Below, in pieces: positions 1 to 11,200 of a stretch of DNA of 61,139 nucleotides (its first letter is position 1; every line of letters begins with the position of its first letter). Location: the NCBI GenBank assembly GCA_944391885.1, contig CALXVE010000002.1, positions 1 to 61,139 of the forward strand. Direction: 5' to 3'. The position numbers and the translations under genes are program-made. The notes below the pieces were generated by a model. The model saw only the letters and a list, made by a program, of their open reading frames with translations, searched no databases and was not told where the DNA came from. Origin of the DNA: an uncultured Clostridia bacterium. GTDB lineage: Bacteria > Bacillota > Clostridia > TANB77 > CAG-508.

Positions 1-76
1 TTTTCTTTTTCTAAACCTTTAATCTTGCTTTTATATTTCCATTCTATATTAAATTCTTTTTCCTTATATTCTGTTT

Positions 77-472
77 TTAATACTCTTGTTCATCTCTATG
101 CACTTTGGCAGATATTATATATTGTTCTCCTAAATGTTTATATTCTGCTACAAATTTGTATGCAGTTTCAAAAAATCTTTTTGTTTCTTCTTCTCCTATT
201 CTTTCAAAAAAATCATGATCTGATGTTATTATATATTCACAAGCTATATTACTTACTTTTTTAATTTGTCCTTTTAAATTATATTTTTCTTTTATTCTGT
301 CAAATTCTTTTTCGTAACTATATTGTGGTGATTTTATTGAATAATTCAAATATGACTTTTCTTTATCTATATTATCATTTGAATAATTTTTATTTCTTCT
401 TTCATTGTGTCTAAATATTCCTTTCAAATTTTCTCTTTTGTATTTTGTGTTTCTTATTATCGCATAACTCAT
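77..472 (-). pseudogene. MobV/Pre-family relaxase, N-terminal fragment only
   Basis: ORF 77..505. From the ATG at 472 it reads MSYAIIRNTKYKRENLKGIFRHNERR, the typical MobV N-terminus with the HN.R motif. An RBS (aaggagggg) lies just upstream. The ORF stops at ...VHRDEQEY, inside the expected HxDE..PHxH region, so most of a normal relaxase is missing. An open coiled-coil-like frame continues to the window edge in another frame. Confidence 0.6.
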
Positions 473-498
473 TTTTCCCCTCCTTACTCGTGCTAAAA

Positions 499-555
499 AA
501 CACAACTAAATTTTTATATTATTGCTTATTCCTAACTTGTGTTGTAACACAACTA
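499..555. promoter_or_regulatory. oriT-like repeat cluster upstream of the mob fragment
   Basis: A 10-nt direct repeat AACACAACTA (499-508 and 546-555) and a 7-bp inverted repeat TTGTGTT-gt-AACACAA (537-552) sit immediately 5' of the relaxase start. MobV plasmids carry oriT in that position. The nick site is not identifiable. Confidence 0.3.
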
Positions 556-694
556 CAATACTTTTTTACGCTATTCGCTAAAAGTATTTGTTGTGGCAGG
601 GAAAAATAAACTTTTCCCCACACCCCATTTTTCAAAAAAATATTTCATAATATTTTTTTGATTTATCCTAAATTTGCTTTATTGCAATTTTAGG

Positions 695-741
695 ATAAAA
701 AATCAGCTCCAAAGTAGTTTTCTACTCTAGTAGCTGATTTT
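695..741 (-). terminator. intrinsic terminator after the HTH/Rep-like gene
   Basis: Minus strand reads AAATCAGCTACTAGAGTAG-aaaa-CTACTTTGGAGCTGATTT followed by TTTTT, directly after the stop at 758. Confidence 0.55.
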
Positions 742-757
742 ATATATGCAAATGTTG

Positions 758-1290
758 TTATTGTAAAAAAGCATCCGCATTTGCATATAATTTAGTAAAG
801 TCAAAGCCAGTATAATCTCGCTGTTCAAAGTTAGCTTTATTAATCTTTTTAATTGGTGATTCCTTATTATAATTATTTTTATTTTTTATATTATTTATTA
901 TATCTTTGTCGTTTTCACCTATAGGGTGTAGTTCTTTTTGACCACCTGAATAGTTATTTTTATCTATACCCTCTAGGTATTTTTCACTATACCTATTAGT
1001 CCTTTCTAAAATAGGTATAATTTGTCTTTCTTCAATTTCTTTAGTATCTATTTTATATTTTAAATTAACATCTACATATCCTTTATCTTTTAGTGAACTT
1101 ACTATTTTTGAAACTCTGTCGGAGGTTACATTTACAATACTTGCTATATATTTATTGCTTGCAAAACAACTTCCTGTTTCATCACTTAAATATAAAATCA
1201 TTGATAATATTATTTTTTCTTTGTCTGATAAATCATTGTTTATAAAATTTCTGCTGGAATCCATAATCCTTTTAATTTTTGTTTGCTCAT
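758..1290 (-). pseudogene. HTH replication-initiator/DnaD-like protein of a mobile element, frameshifted near the 5' end
   Basis: ORF 758..1264 (…NNDLSDKEKIILSMILYLSDETGSCFASNKYIASIVNVTSDRVSKIVSSLKDKGYV, a wHTH typical of plasmid/phage Rep-like proteins). A good RBS (ggagag) and the ATG at 1290 open MSKQKLKGLWIPAEIL*, which joins the main ORF only after a 1-nt frame correction in the A/T run at 1238-1251. Confidence 0.5.
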
Positions 1291-1372
1291 ATAACTCTCC
1301 TTTCTTTGACTTTTAATTGGCTTCACAATCAATTTCTAGGCTTTTTTATTTACTTCTAATATAAATTTAAGG

Positions 1373-1411
1373 CAAAAAAATAAACCCTAAGATTTTTCTC
1401 TTAAGGTTTAT
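1373..1411 (-). terminator. intrinsic terminator after the UPF0158 gene
   Basis: Minus strand: ATAAACCTTAAG-agaaaaat-CTTAGGGTTTAT followed by TTTTTTT. Confidence 0.55.
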
Positions 1412-1466
1412 CTCAAATGTGAGACTTTTTATTGTTTTTATATAATTTTGTTTCACATTTTAATAT

Positions 1467-1868
1467 TTACTTATATTCCAATTCATTTTGTTTACACCAA
1501 TCAATTGCTATTTCTTTATATCTTTTATCTCTATAATTATACCACTCTTGAATTATATTCATTTCAAAACAACAGTCCTTGAATCTTCTAAAAGCTCCTT
1601 TTCCTTGTATTAATCTTTGTAAATTATTCTTTATTTCTAGATTATCTATTGTTTCTATAAAATCAACCATAATTTGATATTCATTTATTTCATATTGTGT
1701 TGGAAGTATTATTGATTTCTCAAATAATCCGTCTATTTCATCTTCTGTTAATTCTTCATATTCTCCTATGTTTGATAGAAATATTTCGTCTTTTTCTGGA
1801 TTATAATAACAATCTGTAATGTTATCTACCATTTTTAATCCATCTATTATTTTGTCTAACTTTATCAT
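1467..1868 (-). CDS. UPF0158 family protein
   Basis: 133 aa. The C-terminal GKGAFRRFKD…W.N.R signature is characteristic of UPF0158 (PF03682). Last gene of a three-gene operon. Confidence 0.75.
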   Translation of the reverse strand: MIKLDKIIDGLKMVDNITDCYYNPEKDEIFLSNIGEYEELTEDEIDGLFEKSIILPTQYEINEYQIMVDFIETIDNLEIKNNLQRLIQGKGAFRRFKDCCFEMNIIQEWYNYRDKRYKEIAIDWCKQNELEYK

Positions 1869-1888
1869 GATATTTACTCCTTAAATTC

Positions 1889-3454
1889 TTATTCTTCCAT
1901 ATTCATTTTAGTAGCATATATTTTAACATTATCTTTATCATTTAATTCTTTATAAATATCCCATAATCTTTCTAAAACAGCATCTACTTCTTCTATTCCT
2001 TTTATATTCTCTGCCCTTAATAATATTTCTTTTGCCTTTTCTAAATTATAGTGTTTTTTGTCTCTTTTAAAATTATACCAGTCCGCCATTTCTATATATC
2101 CCCATGTCCATTCTGGTTTTATTTTTAGATAATCTTCAATTATTTTCGTTGCTTTTTCTTCATTTCCTAATCTAAACTCTGCGTTTGCTTTTGCTCTTAC
2201 TGAACTTTCTTTCCAATACACATTCTTTTCATTATTTATATCAAAAATCCCCTCTATTTTATTCCATAATTCAATTCTTTCATATAATTTTTCTTCTTCA
2301 TTGCTCATTTCTAGTATACTATCATAATCCTGAATCCAATTTAATAAACAATCATATCCTTTATATGTATCATCATATTCATCAATACTCTTTATATTAT
2401 ATGCTTTGCATATTTCTTGAACATCAAACCATGCAATTCTATATAATCTACTTGCTTTTTTGCTTTTACCCATGTTATATAACCATGTTGCTTTACACAC
2501 ATGTTCATCAATAGAATTTAATTGTTTTCTTAACAAGTCACTTTTTTTATTTATACAACATTTTTTATATTTTTTTCCACTTCCACAATAGCATAAATCA
2601 TTTCTTCCTATATTTATTTTCTTTTCTATCCAATTTTCTTCTCTTTTAAAAATTATGTAATCACATATTTTATAATCATCCGATTCTTCAAATTCTTCAT
2701 CTTCTTTATAGCAAAAACATTCCCATTCTTCCATTATCTCTATAGTATTATACATATATTCATAAAAATGTTTAATTGGATATATACTTTTATTTATTTC
2801 ACAGTCATCTTCTAATCTTTCTTTTAATTCTTGTTTTTCTTCTTCATTTTCAATTAAATAATATAAACTTTCAATATCATTTTTTAATTCTTTTAATTTT
2901 AAATCTGTTACTTCTCTAAGTATTTCTTCATATAAATATGTATTATCATTTTCTTCTTTTTCATTAAGCAATTTTTTAAAGTACTTTACAATAAAGTCTC
3001 TGCTTTTAATATTATTCAAATATAAAATTGCAAAAGTTTGTAATACACTACTTCTTATAAATTCATTACATTTATTATCTTCAATAATATCAAATAGTAG
3101 TTTATCATCTCCGTTATAGCAACTTGCAAGTAATCTATGCAAATAATCTGGGTAATCGTCCCCTATTATATATTCAACATATTCTTCACCTTTATTTATT
3201 AAATCTATTAAATATGGAAATGCTCTTTTTTCTCTAAACTCTGCTAGTAAGAAAAAAGCATAAATATAACCATAAAATTCATCTTTTTCATTAAAGATAT
3301 TTTCTAAATTTTCTTTTGTATATTCAAGCATCTTAAGTAATTCAGGAATCATCTCTTCTTTATATTCTATAGCTTTTTCTAATGCTTCCTTTGGCAATTC
3401 TTCGTTATAATATTCTAATTCTTTTACTATTTCTTTTATTTCCATAGATTTCAC
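1889..3454 (-). CDS. DUF1186 domain / SEC-C metal-binding motif protein
   Basis: 521 aa. N-terminal LPKEALEKAIEYKEEMIPELLKMLE… is DUF1186-like. An internal CYCGSGKKYKKCC is a SEC-C motif. The C-terminal part looks helical/TPR-like. Confidence 0.7.
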   Translation of the reverse strand: MKSMEIKEIVKELEYYNEELPKEALEKAIEYKEEMIPELLKMLEYTKENLENIFNEKDEFYGYIYAFFLLAEFREKRAFPYLIDLINKGEEYVEYIIGDDYPDYLHRLLASCYNGDDKLLFDIIEDNKCNEFIRSSVLQTFAILYLNNIKSRDFIVKYFKKLLNEKEENDNTYLYEEILREVTDLKLKELKNDIESLYYLIENEEEKQELKERLEDDCEINKSIYPIKHFYEYMYNTIEIMEEWECFCYKEDEEFEESDDYKICDYIIFKREENWIEKKINIGRNDLCYCGSGKKYKKCCINKKSDLLRKQLNSIDEHVCKATWLYNMGKSKKASRLYRIAWFDVQEICKAYNIKSIDEYDDTYKGYDCLLNWIQDYDSILEMSNEEEKLYERIELWNKIEGIFDINNEKNVYWKESSVRAKANAEFRLGNEEKATKIIEDYLKIKPEWTWGYIEMADWYNFKRDKKHYNLEKAKEILLRAENIKGIEEVDAVLERLWDIYKELNDKDNVKIYATKMNMEE

Positions 3455-3477
3455 TCCATTTCATACTATATATATTT

Positions 3478-4719
3478 CTATAAATCCATGCTATTAGGAT
3501 TTAACAAAAATTCTTTTAATCCCACTATTGATATTCCTTCTTCTGAAATCCATGATTTAATATCATCTTTAACAACAATTATTTTTTTAAAATTATCAGG
3601 TATATTCATTAGTGGTCTTTCTTCTTGTATTGTTTTTTCTCGTGTAGGAAGGCTTAATGCTGATTGAATATAATACCTTTTATTATATTGATTGCACACA
3701 AAATCTACTTCAACTTGTTTTTTATCATCACCTTCACGAATTTCTACAACGCCTACATCAACATTATATCCTCTATATAATAATTCATTAAAAATTATAT
3801 TTTCCATTATATGAGTTTCTTCTTGTTGCCTAAAATTCAATCTACAATTTCTTAAACCAATATCTGAAAAATAAAATTTGTATGGTGTCTGAATATATTT
3901 TTTCCCCTTAACATCATATCTCGTAGCTTTTTCTATTAAAAACGAGTCTTGTAAATAATTAATATATGATGTTATTGTATTTACTGAAACATCTTTAAAT
4001 CCACTACTTTCAAATGTATTTGATAGTTTGTTAGGATTAGTTAATGATCCAATAGATGATGCTAAAATATTAACAACTGCATCTAATACATCTACTCTTT
4101 GAACATTATTTCTTTCAACAATATCGTCTAAGTATGTTTTCTCAAATAAATTTTTTAAATATTCACTTTTTTCTACTTCGTTTTTAAATGAAAGTATTCT
4201 AGGTAATCCACCATATACAACATATTGTTCCCATGCTTCTTCTTTAGTTCCATTAAAAGCCGAATAAAATTCACTAAAACTAAGTGGATGTATTCTTACT
4301 TCATCTCCTCTGCCTCTAAATTCAGTTATTATATCTGAAGACAAAAACTTGGAGTTACTTCCTGTTACATATACATCTAAATTACGAATATGTAAAAAGC
4401 CATTAAGCACAGATTCAAAATCTTCAACTTTTTGTATTTCATCTAATATCAAAAAATATTGGTCATTATCTTTAATCAAATCTCTAATATATTGATCTAA
4501 TTGGTCTGGGTCTAAAAATTTATTATTTTTCCTTTCATCTAAGTCTAATTTTATTATATGGTCTTCCTTAACTCCACTTTCAAGTAAATAATTTTTAAAT
4601 AATGGATCTAATAAATATGATTTTCCGCATCTTCTTATACCTGTAATTATTTTTATTAAACCATTTTCTCTTTTCTCAATAATTTTATTTAGATATACAT
4701 CTCTTTTTATTTCTTTCAT
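3478..4719 (-). CDS. AAA+ ATPase (AAA_14) with C-terminal DUF4143 PD-(D/E)xK-like domain
   Basis: Walker A GIRRCGKSYLL, Walker B LILDEIQ, and a C-terminal …VEVDFV…YYIQS motif. The likely start is MKEIKRD (ATG 4719) behind AGGAGG. The track ORF begins 15 nt earlier. Confidence 0.8.
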   Translation of the reverse strand: MKEIKRDVYLNKIIEKRENGLIKIITGIRRCGKSYLLDPLFKNYLLESGVKEDHIIKLDLDERKNNKFLDPDQLDQYIRDLIKDNDQYFLILDEIQKVEDFESVLNGFLHIRNLDVYVTGSNSKFLSSDIITEFRGRGDEVRIHPLSFSEFYSAFNGTKEEAWEQYVVYGGLPRILSFKNEVEKSEYLKNLFEKTYLDDIVERNNVQRVDVLDAVVNILASSIGSLTNPNKLSNTFESSGFKDVSVNTITSYINYLQDSFLIEKATRYDVKGKKYIQTPYKFYFSDIGLRNCRLNFRQQEETHIMENIIFNELLYRGYNVDVGVVEIREGDDKKQVEVDFVCNQYNKRYYIQSALSLPTREKTIQEERPLMNIPDNFKKIIVVKDDIKSWISEEGISIVGLKEFLLNPNSMDL

Positions 4720-4733
4720 AGTCAGCCTCCTCA

Positions 4734-4845
4734 TTGAATATTTTTTCCGTTTACGGATTTTTTATTCAATACTATTATATTACAATTCAAACTTTTTTTC
4801 AACACTTCTACTGAATATTTTTTCCGTAACGGAAAAAATATTCAG
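4734..4845. repeat. two copies of a GAATATTTTTTCCGT-centred palindrome upstream of the ATPase gene
   Basis: 4734-4769 is an imperfect palindrome (TTGAATA…CCGTTTACGG…ATTCAA). 4811-4845 is a perfect 16-bp-arm palindrome CTGAATATTTTTTCCG-taa-CGGAAAAAATATTCAG. The 15-nt core is directly repeated 77 bp apart. Confidence 0.65.
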
Positions 4846-4914
4846 TGTACTTTTAATAATTTAATTTTTAAATATATATTTAGAGTATCAATATTTTCTT
4901 GGTATTCACTTTCT

Positions 4915-5035
4915 GCTCGCAAAGAATTGTGAATTTGGCTAGGCAAACGAGTGAGAAGAATCCGAGACGTACTTTTTGTACGTCGCAGGATTTTCGAATG
5001 AAGTCTAACAACGCCAAACGCAATTCTTTGTGAGC
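4915..5035. other. GC-enriched long imperfect hairpin at the mobile-element/glucan-synthase junction
   Basis: Outer arms are 4915-4939 (GCTCGCAAAGAATTGTGAATTTGGC) and 5013-5035 (GCCAAACGCAATTCTTTGTGAGC). The inner hairpin is GACGTAC-ttttt-GTACGTC (4966-4984). Base composition clearly differs from the flanks, and the ORF 4842..5213 loses all GH94 similarity here. Confidence 0.5.
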
Positions 5036-5066
5036 TATGTAAAAACTGTCCACAAGAACAACACAC

Positions 5067-5213
5067 ATGTGTGTATTGTCCGCCGTTTTCCCTTGTTCCT
5101 GGTACATATGCCTTTATATAACCTGGCTCTAATTTGCTTTTATCAAATGGTGGGTCTAGCAGTTTTATTATTCCATTTTCTTTGTCTACCAAGTGATTTT
5201 CTAAGCTTTGCAT
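5067..5213 (-). pseudogene. out-of-frame continuation of the glucan-synthase-like gene (GH94 catalytic-region fragment), truncated at 5067
   Basis: The first 49 aa of ORF 4842..5213 (…LVDKENGIIKLLDPPFDKSKLEPGYIKAYVPGTRENGGQYTH) match the GH94/cellobiose-phosphorylase RENGGQYTH region. Similarity ends abruptly after His (codon 5067-5069). It joins the upstream ORF through a 1-nt frame change near 5241-5250. Confidence 0.7.
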
Positions 5214-5235
5214 TGATATATATTTTTTATCATTA

Positions 5236-8200
5236 TCACCTGCTCCGCGAGATTACAGACCAGCTTTGTGCTATGCTATCTATTCTGCACTCTTCATTTT
5301 GTATGCTTCCTAAGATGTTTCCATCGTCCATGTATGCACGTTTGAACCATCTTCCATCCCAACCATTTGAGTTCAATGCTCTTTTTAACTTTTCCATTAC
5401 TTGTTCATATTTTTGTGCCAACTCTTCTTCATTTTTTAGTCTGCATATTGGCACAAATTTTTTTAAAATATCATATATAAAAAATCCAAGCCATACACTT
5501 TCGCCTTTTCCTTTATTTCCAACTGTGCTAAAGCTATCGTTCCAGTCTCCTGAGCCTATTTTAGGAAGTCCATTTTCTCCAAAATCAAGTGAAATTTCTA
5601 TTGCTTTTTTGCAATGCTCATATACTGAACCACTTTGTTCAGAATGCAAATATAAATCATATCTTTCATCTATTCCTTCTGCCAACGGTTCTCCTTTTAA
5701 ATATGGTACTTCTATATCTAAAATTGATGCATCACCTGTAAAATCTATATAATCTTCTGTTAAATATACAAGCCATAACCTGTCATCTGTAAATCTTGTT
5801 CTATTGCCTCTCATGGTTTCATCATGCCACCAGTGTTCCACATCTCCTTCTATAAATTGATGTGAGGCATGTTTAAGAATTTGTTCTTTTAAAAACTCAC
5901 TATCAATATATTTTAATGCTATGCAGTCTTGCAACTGGTCCCTAAATCCAAATGCTCCACCAGATTGATAATATCCAGTTCTCCCCCAAACTCTAGCTGC
6001 TAATGTCTGATATAATAGCCATCCATTTAATAATAAATTAACAGATTCAAGTGGTGTTGAAACTTGTATTGTTTGTAGCATATTCTTCCAATACTTTTTT
6101 GTTCTTTCATATTCTTCATATATTTTAGTTATATTTTGATATTGATATGCTAGGTCTTGGCACTCTAATAAGTCCTTTCCCACCCCAATTGTAAAAATTA
6201 TTTTTTTGTTTTCTAGTGCTTCTAATTCTACCTCACACTGTATTGCTATAATTCCTTCGTTCCATAAACTATTTTCTCTGTTTAATTTTATTTGATTTAT
6301 TGCCTCTGGGTGTGAAATTGTGCCCTTGCCCACAAAACTTGCTTTATTTCCTGTGTATGAAGTAATTTTTTCACTACTTGAGACAAATAGGCATTGTGGT
6401 TTTTCACCTGCAATATTATTCATGCAAATCATGTTTGAGTTTTCAAAAAAGTTCAAATCTAAAAATCCATTTGTTTTTAGTTCATCTTCTTCTAGTACGG
6501 GCTTAATATAGTATATTAATTTATATTTCTTTTTGTGTAATTCATTGTTTTCTAGGCTTAGTACTTGCACTTTTAGATTATCTTCCATTGGAACAAACAT
6601 ATCCAGCTTTTGCGTCATGCCTTTGCTATTATGCTTATATTTTGCATATCCAAAGCCATATGTCACATAATAATCATTTTCGTCCGGGCATGGATTCATA
6701 CCAATTGACCAATATTTTTTGCTTTCCTCATCTTGAATATATATAATTTCTGATGGGCAGTCATCAACTGGTGTATTATACCACGCAGTTAATCTATTTA
6801 ACTTACTGTTTTTATACCATGTGTACCCACCCATACTCTCTGTTACTAGTGTTCCAAAGTTTTTATTTACTAGCAAATGGCTCCATACTGTTGGCAATTT
6901 TTGCTCTTTATTAATTCTAATATTATATTCTGTTCCATCTTCTGAAAATCCGCCATATTCATTATTATATTTAAGTTCTTCTGGTAAATTTTCTCTAATT
7001 GGCGTGCTTTCTTCCACATATTTGGGCATTTCTTCTAATGGCATTTCTTTTATTTTTTCTAAATATTCTTCTTCATTTTCTTTTAAGCTTCTGTAAATAC
7101 TTCCGCTCTCACTTCCAAAGCTTAAGTTTGCCCTATATTCTAGCACCAAAATATCTTCCTTTGATAAGTTTTCTAAAACAAATATACCACCTTTTATATT
7201 TTGTAAATATCCTAGATTTTGATTTAATATACTTGCAAAAATTGCTTCTTTTACACTACTTTCATAACTATATTTTTCTTCATTTATAATAACTAAATCT
7301 GTCTCAATATTTTTAAGCCTAAAATATTCATGTGCTTTTATTGCTTCTTCTACTAATTCTATATCTTCTAAATCTTTGACTTTTACTAGTATTATTGGTA
7401 AATCACCAGAAATTCCATATTGCCATAATTTATTTATTGGAACTTCCAATGGCGAATTATATTTAATAGTTTTAAGTGGATTTTTTACTAATAAATATCC
7501 TGACATTTTTTGGTATAACTCAAGCTCTTTTGTTTGTATTCCCAAATATCTATTTTCCGCTTCCACCTTAGCTTTTGCAAGTTCTAAGTGATATTTAATT
7601 GTTTCCTGATTTCTAAATTTATTAAGTTCTTTTATTACTTGCTCTTTATCTTCCCCTACTGCTAATATAAGGCTTAAGGTCACTTTTTCTTCTGGTTCTA
7701 ATACCATTGTGCGCTTAAAACTAACAATTGGCTCTGTTGTTAAGTTGATTTTACTAGTTAATGGGCTAGAATTTTTAACTGCATCTGGAAGTTCTAAATT
7801 ATTCCTTCCGCAAAATTTTTCTTTATCAATCTCATATTCTATTTCTCCAACCGTTTCATTTTCTGTATATAAATTTACTCCTAAAAATATTGTTTTATCA
7901 CTTGCATTTCTAGCCCTTCTATTTACTATAATTGAATCAATATCTTCTAAATATTCATAACTTAAAAATAACTTATTAAATGCAGGGTGTGCATAATCCT
8001 GATTTTCATCTGATAATACTGGCTCCAAAAAACTTGTTATCTCAATTGTCTCTGCCTCTAGTCCTCTATTTATAAGTTCTATTGTTCTTAATTCCACAGG
8101 TTCATTTGGTGAAATTCCTATTTTTGTAATTGTTTCAATATTGCCATCTTCTCTACTTATTTTAGTTTGTGCAGGTGTAAATAAAACTGAATATTTATCA

Positions 8201-11200
8201 CTATCTGCTAAATATTGCATATGCTGTGCTGACCATATTCTATTTGTCTTTACATTTTTTAAAAAGAATAATATTCCCTGCTGTGTATCTCCTGTTTTTT
8301 TGTATCTATTAATTAATATTTTGCCATATTTACTATATCCCTGCCCTTTTGTATCTGTTACAACTGTATAATTTTCACTTGATAATATATTAATTTCTGG
8401 AAGTTTTGTAATTGGTTTTGTAAATTCTTTTTGCATATATGTTTGGTCATCTACATATTTTACTTTTTCTACTTTTTCCTTTTCTTCTTTGGTTATAATC
8501 ATATTTTCAGGCATTTTTTCTTGCAATAATATATCTACTGCTTGGATTTGTGGGTTTTCCATAAATCTTTTTTGCAAAATATTATTATTAAATAAATTAT
8601 TTATTGAAAGTAATATTAGTCCTTGGTGATGTGCCATATATGTTTTTACCAGTGCATATTCTTGACCTTTTTTTAGTCTTGTTGGCGTATAGTCAACAGA
8701 TTCGTAAAATCCATATTTTTGATAAAGCCCCATTTTCTTTAATTCTTGCAAGTTTTCTATTACATCTTTTGGCACTTCTGGAAGTGCTAATATACTTGCA
8801 TATGTTGCAACAACTATTTCATCAGCAAGCCCTCTTTTTAAGCCAAGCCAAGGTATTCCAAATGCTTTATATTGATAATTATTATGAAGGTCTTTTAAAT
8901 GAAAAGCAGATTCAGAAATTCCCCACGGAATATTTAATCTTTTTGCATATTCCCTTTGGCACATAAGCATAAATTCAGAAGATTCTGCAAGCAAACTTGC
9001 TTGGTATTTTGGAATATTTATATTTGGCATCCAATATTCAAATGCTGTTCCAGACCAAGATATAAGCCCTTTGTATTTATTTAGTATGGTAAGTGTTCTA
9101 CTTAAGTTATTCCAATGCTTTGCTGGCACATCCTTTTTAGCAATTGCAACTAAACTTGTTTGCCTTGCCTCAGATGCTAATAAATCATAATAAGAATCTG
9201 TTAATTTATTTTCTTCTATATTAAAGCCAATTGAAAACAGTCTTGTTTCTTCATCATATAAATATCTAAAATCCGTTTTTTGGATTATTGTATCTATATC
9301 TAGTATCATTTGCTCTATTTTATTTTTTTGTGTTTCATCCACATTTAAATTTTTCAAAAATTGTTTTAAAACAAATAAATATCCTATAAAATTACCACTA
9401 TCCACAGAAGATATATACCTAGGTTTTAACGGCTCTAATTTTTGAATATCATACCAGTTATATAAATGCCCATTCCACTTTGGAAGATTTGAAATTGTTT
9501 GTAGCATTTTTTCTAGTAAATTTATGGTATCATTTAAATTTTCATATTTTAAATCATAACTGGAAATTACAGCTAGCAAAGCAAGCCCAATATTTGTTGA
9601 TGATGTTCTTAAAACCACTTTAGGTTTTCTATCTTCTTGGTAATTGTCTGGTGGCAAGTAGTTTGTTTTTTCATTTAAATGATCTTTAAAATATTGCCAA
9701 GTACTTTTTCCTATTTCTAATAAAAATTGCTTATCTTCTTCTTTTAGTTCTGTTATTTTTTCTTTTTGTTTTATTTCTTTGCTAATATACCACATTACGC
9801 TAGGAGTTATTAGCCATAAAATAGAAATTAAAAAAACAAAAAGACTAGATATATTTGCAGGTAATATAAATAAAAGCACTAATCCCAAAACTCCAAGGAC
9901 TACATTTGGTAACATGTTTTTGTAATATGATAGTAAATCTTTTTTAGCACTTTTTTCAGCTTCTTCTGCTGTTGTCCACTCAAGAAAATGTTTTTTACTA
10001 ATAAATAAACGGTAGAGTGTTCTTATACATGCATCTATGCTAAAATATGCCTTATCTGGCAAAGTACCTAATGCTAATATTCCCCTTAGTAAAGTTGCTT
10101 TTACTAAAGATATATTTTTGCTAAAAGTTTTTTGTATTGTTTCTGCTTCTTTTTTGGAAATAATACGATTTATTAATTCTAATATTGTGGGCATTAGTGC
10201 TGAAATTATTAGTATTGCTATAATTGGTGCTATATTTATTTTATAAAATAGTTTTAATATCACACAATAAATTATTGTAAAAACAATTAATGTTTCTTGC
10301 AGGCTTCTTGCTAAATTATCAAATATTTTATATTTTGATAATAATGTTAATGGGTTCTTTTTTTTATCACCTTGCTTGTTATATATACTATTAAATAACC
10401 ATGGCACAATTTGCCAGTCACCACGTATCCAGCGGTGTAATCTTGTTTTAAAACTACTATAACTTGTTGGATAACCATCCATTAGCATAATATCTGTAGC
10501 AAGCCCGCATCTTAAATAATTTCCTTCTAATAAATCATGGCTTAGTACTGTATTTTCTGGAATCTCCTTTGCTAAAACCTGTGAAAAAATCTCTAAATCA
10601 TAAATTCCCTTGCCTGTAAATATTCCTTCATTAAAATTATCTTGATATACATCCGAAATTGCATTTGTGTAAGCATCTTTTCCACCAGAACCCGCATATA
10701 GTTTTGTAAATAAACTTTTACCTATATCTAATAATGAAATTCCAACTCTTGGCTGTATTATTCCATGCCCATCTATTACTAAATCTTTTCTTTCATTTAA
10801 AATTGGCTTATTTAAAATATGTGCCATACTTCCTATTAACTCTAAGCCAGTATTTAAGGTTAATTTTGTGTCTGAATCCAATGTTATTACATATTTTATT
10901 TTTGGCATTTCACTTAAGTTTTTAGCTTCTTCTATTGTATTTGCTAAAAAGCTATCTTCTTCTTTTTCCAAAATATATTCATTAAATTGATTTAATAATC
11001 CTCTTTTTCTTTCCCAACCTAAAAAGCACTCTTCTTTTGCGTTCCATTTTCTTTTTCTATATAAAAAATGGAATTTTGGAAACTTGCTATCTGGGTATAA
11101 ATTATTTAATCTTTTTGCTTCTTCTATTCCTGCATTTATTACCTCATCATCAAAGCTTTCCTTTTCGTTTTTTCCGGCTGTTACATCACCTAATAATGCA

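Noticed and set aside
5040-5070. Group II intron 5' end (GTGTG directly after the last GH94 codon)
   Set aside because: Only the pentamer matches. There is no domain V-like element with AGC triad and GNRA loop, no reverse transcriptase/maturase ORF, and no downstream exon. A mobile-element junction explains the break better.
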